A stretch of DNA of 32,000 bases. It comes from Candidatus Electrothrix yaqonensis. GTDB lineage: Bacteria > Desulfobacterota > Desulfobulbia > Desulfobulbales > Desulfobulbaceae. A program made the translations under genes and the position numbers. The DNA is taken from positions 1,260,001 to 1,292,000 of the forward strand of contig CP178758.1 of NCBI GenBank assembly GCA_047651235.1, given 5' to 3'. Positions 1 through 6,881 of the stretch are shown here, in pieces. The notes beneath the pieces were generated by a model. That model ran no database searches, was not told the DNA's origin, and was given only the letters and a program-made list of their open reading frames with translations. Within the stretch, counting starts at the first letter, position 1, and every line of letters starts with the position of its first letter.

Positions 1-172
1 GCATCCTGCTGAAAGACCTGTCAGATTTTATGCTAACCAGCTGTCTTTTCTGACGGTATTTTTCGTATGGTCTCTCCGGGCCTCAACTGATCACCGGAGA
101 AGGGCTTTCCTATTAAATTTTGCGTCTTCCGGCTGATCTCTCCATCTGCCCGGCTGGCGGTTGCCGAGCACC

Positions 173-204
173 GTAGGGGCGAACCCCTGTGTTCGCCCAT
201 GTCT
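173..204. repeat. GTAGGGGC-type hairpin element (REP-like) immediately 3' of the EF-G-like gene
   Basis: Sequence is gtagGGGCGAACccctgtGTTCGCCCatgtc. The 8-bp arms lie at 177-184 and 191-198 with a 6-nt loop. It shares the GTAGGGGC head and a CATGTC tail with the palindrome at 27109-27136. No U-tract follows the stem on either strand, so it is not a canonical intrinsic terminator. Confidence 0.5.
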
Positions 205-228
205 ACTCGAGTTTCTCCTGAAAAAAAA

Positions 229-2283
229 TTACGCTCCGCTGTGGGCCGCAATAATCTTCTCGGCAATATGCGAGGGCACTTCATCATAATGGGAGAACCA
301 GACCCGAAAGGCACCGCGTCCGCCGGTCATTGAGGTCAGGTCCGGGGAGTAGAGCTGGATTTCGGCCTGAGGTACCTGGGCTTTAATTATCTCATATTTG
401 TCGGTAGAATCCATGCCCAAGACCTTGCCGCGCCGGGAATTAAGATCGCCCATCACATCGCCGACATGCTCCTTGTCCACCCGGATTTCCATCTCCATGA
501 CCGGTTCCAGCAGCACGGGGTTCGCGTCTGCAACTCCTTTTTTAAAGGCCAGTGAACCGGCGATTTTGAAGGCCATTTCTGAGGAGTCCACATTATGGTA
601 TGAGCCGTCAATCAGGGTGACCCGGAGCCCTTCAAAAGGATACCCGGCAATAACACCTTTTTCCATGGCCTCCAGAATTCCCTTTTCCACGGCCGGTCTG
701 TATTGCTGGGGAATAACCCCGCCCACGATCTTATCGACAAACTCGAAATGCTCGCCGTTGCTCAGCGGTTCCAGCTCAACGGTGCAGTCGCCGTACTGGC
801 CGCGGCCGCCGGACTGCTTCTTATGTTTGCCCTGGGCAGTGGCCTTACTCTTGAGGGTCTCCCGGTAGGGAATTTTCGGGATGGACAGCTCCATCTCCAC
901 AGAAAACTTTCGTTTGAGCCGCTCCCGGATCACCTCAATATGCACCTGCCCGACCCCGGAAAGCAGAACTTCGTGGGTCTGGGTTTCACGGGTCAGGTGC
1001 AGGGTCAGGTCCTCGTCAAGCAGACGGGTCAGAACAGAAAAAACTTTTTCCTCGTCTTTTTCCGCACTGACCGCATAGGAAATCACTGACGGTATGGGTT
1101 CCAGACGGTCATAGAGGATGGGTTTGTCCGGAGCACAGAGGGTATCGCCGGTCCCGGTCTCCTTGAGTTTGGCAACAGCCACAATCATGCCCGGCACAGC
1201 TTTTTCCACCTGCTGCTGCTCTTTACCCTGCAGGAGGAAAAGATGGCCGAAACGCTCAGACTCCTCTTTGCTGGCATTGTACAGGGTGTCGCCTTCCAGG
1301 GTTCCGGAGAGTATCCGGAAGACGGTCAGGCGCCCGGCAAAAGGGTCGGCCATAGTCTTGAAGACTTGGGCAGAAAACGGAGCATCAGCTGTTCCGGCCC
1401 GTTCGCTCAGATCCTTGGTTGCAGGATCAGTCCCGATCATTGCCGGACGCTGATCCGGCGAGGGCAGCAGGTCTACAACAGCATCCAGAATAAGGGAACT
1501 GGCCGCATTGTTGAGGCAGGAGCACGGAATGACCGGAGTCAGTTTTGCCGCGTGGACACCGGCAACCAGCCCGGCGACCAGCTGTTCCTGATGCAGTTCG
1601 CCTTCCTCCAGAAAGGTCTCGATCAGATCGTCATCCGTATCAGCCACATATTCCATCAGGTTTTCCCGTCTGGTGGCAACTTCGTCAACCATGTCCGCAG
1701 GGATTTCACCGGCCTTGACCGTGCCGTCTTCCTGGAACAGCAGGGCACGGTTGTTAACGATATCAACCACACCGGTAAATTCCTGTTCCTGGCCGAGCGG
1801 CAGGTAGAGCACCACCGGCTTTAGGGAAAAAGCCTGTCTGATTTCATCAACCGTCTTCTGGAAATTTGCCCGCTCCCGATCCATCTTGGTCACACAGATG
1901 AGACAGGGCAGGTGCCGATCCTGGATACAATCCACAAAACGTTCGGTCTGGTTCTTCACTCCAAGTACCGCACCCACCGTGAGCACTGCGCTGTCCGCCA
2001 CCTGAGCGGCGAATCTGGCCTCATTGACAAAATTATCATCCCCCGGAGTATCTGCCAAAAAAACCTGATGTTTCTTCCAGGTAAAATGACTGCACGCCGT
2101 ACTGGTTGATATCTGGCGTTTTATTTCCTCTTCCTCGAAATCCATGGAAGTGGTGCCGTCATCCACTCTGCCGAGCCGTTTGACTGCACCGGCAGTAAAA
2201 AGCAGGGCCTCGGCAAGGCTTGTTTTTCCACTGTTGCCGTGTCCGAGAATGACAGTGTTCCTGATTTGTTTGACATCGTACAT
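229..2283 (-). CDS. Elongation factor G family GTPase (EF-G2-like paralog), 684 aa
   Basis: This is the internal part of the 888-aa ORF 229..2895. Homology-like sequence begins at MYDVKQIRNTVILGHGNSGKTSLAEALL (P-loop), followed by DTPGDDNF (G3), TKMD (G4) and EF-G domain II-V style sequence through to the C-terminus. The ATG at 2283 is preceded by GGAGG (revcomp of cctccgg at 2290-2296). The upstream 204 codons are low-complexity and run into the divergent murJ start. Confidence 0.9.
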   Translation of the reverse strand: MYDVKQIRNTVILGHGNSGKTSLAEALLFTAGAVKRLGRVDDGTTSMDFEEEEIKRQISTSTACSHFTWKKHQVFLADTPGDDNFVNEARFAAQVADSAVLTVGAVLGVKNQTERFVDCIQDRHLPCLICVTKMDRERANFQKTVDEIRQAFSLKPVVLYLPLGQEQEFTGVVDIVNNRALLFQEDGTVKAGEIPADMVDEVATRRENLMEYVADTDDDLIETFLEEGELHQEQLVAGLVAGVHAAKLTPVIPCSCLNNAASSLILDAVVDLLPSPDQRPAMIGTDPATKDLSERAGTADAPFSAQVFKTMADPFAGRLTVFRILSGTLEGDTLYNASKEESERFGHLFLLQGKEQQQVEKAVPGMIVAVAKLKETGTGDTLCAPDKPILYDRLEPIPSVISYAVSAEKDEEKVFSVLTRLLDEDLTLHLTRETQTHEVLLSGVGQVHIEVIRERLKRKFSVEMELSIPKIPYRETLKSKATAQGKHKKQSGGRGQYGDCTVELEPLSNGEHFEFVDKIVGGVIPQQYRPAVEKGILEAMEKGVIAGYPFEGLRVTLIDGSYHNVDSSEMAFKIAGSLAFKKGVADANPVLLEPVMEMEIRVDKEHVGDVMGDLNSRRGKVLGMDSTDKYEIIKAQVPQAEIQLYSPDLTSMTGGRGAFRVWFSHYDEVPSHIAEKIIAAHSGA

Positions 2284-2526
2284 GAAGACCTCCGGAGACC
2301 GGGTGCTGAAGTTAATGTGCCGACAGCCGGTTATCCTGCCCGGCATACTCCCGCCAGCAGAAGAGAAGTTCCTGTTCCGCAAAAAAAACTTTCTCTTTTG
2401 CCCGCAGAATGGTAACCATCTGTCGTTTTCTGAAGTTGTTCTGGATAAACCGAACTTCTTATATATTCTTATTATCCTTGTCAAGTCAAGTCTTATGGAC
2501 CGAGCTGACAGGGACGGCAGGGAATC

Positions 2527-4128
2527 ATGACAGAAAAAAAAGCAGCAACAGGCAGTTCGACAGGAAAGATAGCCCGATCTGCCGGGGCAGTCAGTGCGGC
2601 AGTCATGTGCAGCCGTGTTCTGGGGCTGATCCGGGAGCAGGTCTTTGCCGGACTGTTCGGGGCGGGATATGCCTATGACGCCTTTGTGGTGGCCTTCAGG
2701 ATCCCCAATCTGCTCCGGGACCTGTTCGGTGAGGGAGCGCTGTCCGCCGCCTTTGTCACCGTGTTCTCCGACTACGACACCAAGAAAGGTGCACAGGCCA
2801 CCTGGCAGCTGGCCTCCAATGTGCTGGTCTTTATCGCGATCCTTTTGAGCAGTATCACCCTGCTCGGTATTTTTTTTGCCGAACCGGTTGTTCATCTGCT
2901 GGCCCCGGATTTTGATGCTGTTGCAGGCAAAACCACGCTGACCGTCCGGCTGACTCGGATCATGTTCCCCTTTCTGATTCTGGTCGCCCTGTCTGCAGTG
3001 GTCATGGGCATGCTCAACACCAAGGGGAAATTTTTTATCCCGGCCATGTCCTCATCCTTTTTTAACCTCGGCTCCATTATCGGCGGCACGGCTCTGGCTC
3101 TGCTCCTGCCCAAGTTCGGCATTCCCGCCATTGTCGGCATGGCCTGGGGAACCCTGCTCGGCGGCCTGCTCCAGCTTCTGATCCAGCTGCCCTCGCTGCG
3201 GAGAACTGGTTTCCGTTTCAGGCCGCATCTCGATCTGCGTGATCCCGGTCTGAAGCGGATACTCTGGCTCATGCTGCCTGCCACAGTCGGTCTGTCCGCC
3301 ACCCAAATCAATATCTTTGTCAACACCAACTTCGCCTCAAGCTGTATGGAGGGCTCGGTCTCCTGGCTGAATTACGCCTTCCGCATGGTCCAGCTGCCCA
3401 TCGGCGTATTCGGCGTGGCCTTTTCCATTGCTGCCATGCCGGTCCTGGCCCGTCATGCTGCGGAGAAGGATCTGGAGGGCCTGCGCGCGACCTTTGCCTC
3501 CTCCCTGGTCATGGTGTTCAGTCTTACCATTCCGGCTACGGTCGGGCTGATTCTGCTGGCCGAACCCATTATCCGACTCATCTTTGAACACGGGGCCTTT
3601 ACTGCTGCTGATACCCTGCAGACGGCCCAGGCCCTGATCTGCTACGCCTGCGGTCTGTTTGCCTATTCGGCGGTCAAAGTCATGGTGCCGGTCTTTTATG
3701 CCCTGAACGATACCAAATATCCGGTCATTGCCTCCTTTCTTGCCGTGCTCACCAATATCATCTTTATCAGCCTGACCATTGACCTTTTCTCCTTCCGGTC
3801 CATTGCTTTGTCCACCTCCTGTTCCATGGGCCTGAACTTCCTTTTCCTCGGCACGGTTCTGTACCGCAGACTGACCGGATTTTCTCTGGTCTATCTGGGG
3901 CGGGGCGTTATAAAAATTATGCTGGCAAGCACGGTTATGGGTTTGGGGGTATGGGGAATGCAAAAGCTTTTTGCTGCTTTGCTGACAGGAGCGGTCTGGT
4001 GGCAGTTGGTCGGGGTATTTGCGGTGATCGGCAGTGCAGCTCTGCTTTACGGCACTGTCCTGCACCTGCTCAGGCTGCCGGAATTTGATGAGGTGACCGG
4101 GAAGATCAGGCAGCGATTCGGGAGGTAA
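2527..4128 (+). CDS. murJ: Lipid II flippase MurJ (MviN family), 533 aa
   Basis: The N-terminus SRVLGLIREQVFAGLFGAGYAYDAFVVAFRIPNLLRDLFGEGALSAAFVTVFS is the classic MurJ signature. The protein is polytopic and hydrophobic throughout, with the expected length. Confidence 0.95.
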   Translation: MTEKKAATGSSTGKIARSAGAVSAAVMCSRVLGLIREQVFAGLFGAGYAYDAFVVAFRIPNLLRDLFGEGALSAAFVTVFSDYDTKKGAQATWQLASNVLVFIAILLSSITLLGIFFAEPVVHLLAPDFDAVAGKTTLTVRLTRIMFPFLILVALSAVVMGMLNTKGKFFIPAMSSSFFNLGSIIGGTALALLLPKFGIPAIVGMAWGTLLGGLLQLLIQLPSLRRTGFRFRPHLDLRDPGLKRILWLMLPATVGLSATQINIFVNTNFASSCMEGSVSWLNYAFRMVQLPIGVFGVAFSIAAMPVLARHAAEKDLEGLRATFASSLVMVFSLTIPATVGLILLAEPIIRLIFEHGAFTAADTLQTAQALICYACGLFAYSAVKVMVPVFYALNDTKYPVIASFLAVLTNIIFISLTIDLFSFRSIALSTSCSMGLNFLFLGTVLYRRLTGFSLVYLGRGVIKIMLASTVMGLGVWGMQKLFAALLTGAVWWQLVGVFAVIGSAALLYGTVLHLLRLPEFDEVTGKIRQRFGR

Positions 4129-4360
4129 AGTATCTTTTTGTAAAATTACGCTGAGACAGAACTGACTGCTGAATTTTCCGGCAGATAGCGGGAACTGTGC
4201 ATGTTCTTTTATTGCAGTGTGATATTTATCTTGAAAAATTGTTCAGTTTATATTAGGAAATCCTTCAGTTTGTGTTACGAGGCTCTTCGTCTGCCCGTCA
4301 GCAGCAGAGCAGCCCGCTTCTCCCGGACAGAAAGTCATACAGAACAGGACACAGCATTTT

Positions 4361-4639
4361 ATGAGAAAGATCTCAAAAACAGTGAAGCAGGTAAAGGCGA
4401 GGTGCTGTCGGAAGTACAGGAAAAACGACAAACATTGCAAACGCTGTCCTCTGGTCGTCAGAGAACAGTGCCAACGTGAAACCGAAAAGGAGAAGACAAT
4501 GGGTAAAGACAAAAAGAAGTGCTGCTCAAAGAAGGAATGCAAAAAGAAAGAGAAGGCTGAGAAGAAAAAAGAGGCAAAAAAATGCTGCGGAAAAAAGAAG
4601 GATAAGAAAAAGAGCAAGAAGAAAGGGAAGAAGAAATAA
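4361..4639 (+). CDS. Small, extremely basic Lys/Cys-rich protein (92 aa; alternative 46-aa product from ATG 4499)
   Basis: ORF MRKISKTVKQVKARCCRKYRKNDKHCKRCP...KKKDKKKSKKKGKKK has 37 Lys and 10 Cys of 92 residues by my count. The internal ATG at 4499 has a good SD (aaaaGGAGaagacaATG). A clean intrinsic terminator follows. No homolog recognised. Confidence 0.55.
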   Translation: MRKISKTVKQVKARCCRKYRKNDKHCKRCPLVVREQCQRETEKEKTMGKDKKKCCSKKECKKKEKAEKKKEAKKCCGKKKDKKKSKKKGKKK

Positions 4640-4661
4640 TTCTCCCGTCCATGCAGTTATC

Positions 4662-4692
4662 CGGCCTGATCTGCGAGGATCAGGCTTTTTTT
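4662..4692 (+). terminator. Rho-independent terminator after the Lys/Cys-rich gene
   Basis: GCCTGATC (4664-4671), loop tgcgag, GATCAGGC (4678-4685), then TTTTTTT (4686-4692). Confidence 0.75.
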
Positions 4693-4831
4693 ATGTCCGC
4701 AGTGCTGGCTCATAGTTTTCAGGAACGGGATAACTGTCGCGTTCCGTGTGAGAATTACCCGGAAGAAAAGCCGGATAAGCCGCAGAGCCTTGCGGCCCCG
4801 CCCTGTTGATTGCTGACGAGTCGTCAGGCAG

Positions 4832-5170
4832 TTATATCAGCTTCTCCAGATACCCTATCGCCTTCATGATAAGAGGATACACCGCGTTCTGACCGTCGCA
4901 GTCACAGATCCAGTCATTTTCATCCGGACTGCCCGCTACCGCACAGCCGTCAATTCTCGGCACGAGCTTCTCCAGAAGCTTTCTCCGTGCTCTGTCGTAC
5001 TTGATCCTGCCGCTTTCTTCCTTACCGGCTTCAATGTTCTCTCCGGCAGTCTGTGTCAGATAGAGCGCGTCGTTGATTATATTGTGTACATTATTGTAGT
5101 TCCCACAGGTTTCAGGGGCAGTCAGAGCCTCCACAAATGCCTTCATGACTGCCTCATGAAGGGAGAGCAC
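4832..5170 (-). CDS. Hypothetical protein, 112 aa from a GTG start. It is probably the 3' part of a 5'-truncated PKD/Ig-like gene, since the frame is open to 5356.
   Basis: The ORF track start at 5170 is GTG. The same frame stays open for 62 more codons upstream (to the stop at 5357-5359) with no ATG, GTG or TTG. Those codons read ...WSITAIPADSSAELDDPTAETTCLVADLPGTYQVSLVVNDGTDDSESDTAEAVV, a PKD/bacterial Ig-like pattern (G-x-Y-x-V-x-L-x-V-x-D). Confidence 0.4.
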   Translation of the reverse strand: MLSLHEAVMKAFVEALTAPETCGNYNNVHNIINDALYLTQTAGENIEAGKEESGRIKYDRARRKLLEKLVPRIDGCAVAGSPDENDWICDCDGQNAVYPLIMKAIGYLEKLI

Positions 5171-5407
5171 AACCGCTTCGGCAGTATCGGATTCGCTGTC
5201 ATCTGTGCCGTCGTTGACGACAAGACTGACCTGATAAGTTCCGGGAAGATCAGCAACGAGGCAGGTAGTTTCTGCAGTCGGGTCGTCAAGCTCGGCCGAA
5301 CTGTCTGCAGGGATCGCAGTGATGCTCCAGAGATCAGGCTGGAGGATTTGATGCAGTTAGAGACTGAGCCGTCGTAAAACAAGAAGCAAGGAAGAACCGG
5401 ACCGGTT

Positions 5408-6319
5408 TCAATGCCTCCTGTGCTGCCGGTTGAGCCGTCTGAATAGCACGATCAGGCTGCGCTTGAGCAGGTTGACGCTATGGTAGACATGATCCAGCTC
5501 GTCATCGGATTCAGAGGGATTGATATAGACAAGTTCGGTATCCAGCCTGCCTGCGGCAATGGCTTCCACACCGGCGGTGAGCCGTATCAGGCGGAAAGCA
5601 AGGAAGTGGACAAAGAGAAAGTTCACTGCAAAAATCAGCACAAGAAAGATGGCAGTCCAGGGGGTCAGCAGCGCGCGTAAGACCTCCTTGATTCCTGTGA
5701 CCGGCAGGGTGACGCTGATGATACCCCGCACCTGTCCCACCTTGTAGCCGAAGGCTTTTTCAGTTCCGTATTTCTCCAGCACTTCCGGGGGGGCGTCCTT
5801 GGGATCACCGTGACATTTCAGGCACTCCTGCCGCACCAGAAGCGGACGGGCATAGCGGTATGTTCCGTTTTCATACCGTTCGGCAAAGTCGAGTTTTCCG
5901 TCCTGTTTGAAAGCCTTGATGGCGCTTGCCTCAAAATCATCCGGTGCATTGCCTTGGTACCGGTAGTCGTCACTGGTGACCCGGAAGGTTGCACGGCTGG
6001 CCTCTTTCCGGGCGAGCACGGACAGCTCTCTGGTGGCCAAGGCCGGATTTTTGCCGTAAAAGGTACTGCCGTGCGCAGAGGAGTTCTGGACAAGAAAATC
6101 TTCATATCCCGGAACCAGTTTCCGGACCCAGACCATACCGCTCTGGGCAACCCAGGAGCGGAAGGCAACAATCTGGTCTGCCACGGCTCCTGCTTCCTGT
6201 CGGGCCGCATACATCCGTAGTTGATACAGACCGGTCATGAACGCTCCGGCTGTCAGCAGCAGGCTCAGCAGGAATACACAGAGAAACTTCAGGTAGATAC
6301 TCAGATTTCTTCCAATCAT
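5408..6319 (-). CDS. Membrane sensor protein with a DUF3365 (c-type heme, CxxCH) periplasmic domain and a HAMP domain, and no output domain, 303 aa
   Basis: N-terminal TM helix, then a periplasmic domain carrying ECLKCHGDPKDAPPEVLEKYG (CxxCH heme-c motif typical of DUF3365/Tll0287-like sensors). A second TM helix and a HAMP-like segment (RLIRLTAGVEAIAAGRLDTEL...) follow, and the protein ends there. Confidence 0.75.
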   Translation of the reverse strand: MIGRNLSIYLKFLCVFLLSLLLTAGAFMTGLYQLRMYAARQEAGAVADQIVAFRSWVAQSGMVWVRKLVPGYEDFLVQNSSAHGSTFYGKNPALATRELSVLARKEASRATFRVTSDDYRYQGNAPDDFEASAIKAFKQDGKLDFAERYENGTYRYARPLLVRQECLKCHGDPKDAPPEVLEKYGTEKAFGYKVGQVRGIISVTLPVTGIKEVLRALLTPWTAIFLVLIFAVNFLFVHFLAFRLIRLTAGVEAIAAGRLDTELVYINPSESDDELDHVYHSVNLLKRSLIVLFRRLNRQHRRH

Positions 6320-6346
6320 TGCCCGGCTGAATAACCCTGAACAGCT

Positions 6347-6871
6347 TTACTCATCCTCCTGTGCAGCCGCTTTCTGCGCCAGCAGCTTCTGCAGAACAAG
6401 GATGCCGTCCGGGGTGAATGGTTCTGCGTTACTGTAGTCCAGAGCAGTAGGGAGAGACATAAAGCAGCCGTACTCCACCTCTTCTGGCTGGAGAGTGAAC
6501 GGCCCTTCATGGGTACAGGAGAAAATCCTTCCCCAGACCCGGTTATCCAGATCCTCGTAGTACTGGTCAAAGAGAAACTCCAGCTTTGCCGACCGGACAC
6601 CTAATTCCTCGGCCAGTTCCCGTTCAGCTGACTCTTCGTAAGTCTCTCCGGCTTGAACCACCCCGCCGGCAGCCACATCCCAGTAGCCCGGATAGATATC
6701 CTTGCTGGCCGTTCGTTTCTGGATAAACAGCTCTCCGGCCCTGTTGAACACCAGAATATAGCTGGCCCGGTGAATAAGCCTCTGTTCGCGCATCAGCCGT
6801 CTGGGCACCTCGCCCAGTTCTCTGTTGTTCTCATCAACCAACAGAACGATTTCCTCGCCGGGTGTGTACAT
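6347..6871 (-). CDS. NUDIX hydrolase (IDI/YfcD-like), 174 aa
   Basis: Perfect Nudix box GVVQAGETYEESAERELAEELGV (G-x5-E-x7-REUxEExGU). The start MYTPGEE at 6871 has AGGAG 13 nt upstream. The longer 277-aa ORF version overlaps rlmL and is rejected. Confidence 0.85.
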   Translation of the reverse strand: MYTPGEEIVLLVDENNRELGEVPRRLMREQRLIHRASYILVFNRAGELFIQKRTASKDIYPGYWDVAAGGVVQAGETYEESAERELAEELGVRSAKLEFLFDQYYEDLDNRVWGRIFSCTHEGPFTLQPEEVEYGCFMSLPTALDYSNAEPFTPDGILVLQKLLAQKAAAQEDE

Positions 6872-6881
6872 TACTTCTTTT

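Noticed and set aside
2284-2895. N-terminal 204-codon extension of the 888-aa ORF (229..2895, minus)
   Set aside because: The extension is low-complexity (CCCFFFC and similar), overlaps the divergent murJ start, and precedes the obvious EF-G start MYDVKQIRN with its GGAGG SD. It is treated as non-coding read-through of an open frame.
4243-4617. 124-aa Phe/Ser-rich minus-strand ORF opposite the Lys-rich gene, plus the plus-strand alternative frames 4201..4479 and 4476..4715
   Set aside because: The poly-Phe/Ser sequence is the complement of the AAG/AAA-rich coding strand. The terminator orientation and the SD support the plus-strand Lys/Cys-rich frame. The other frames lack start context.
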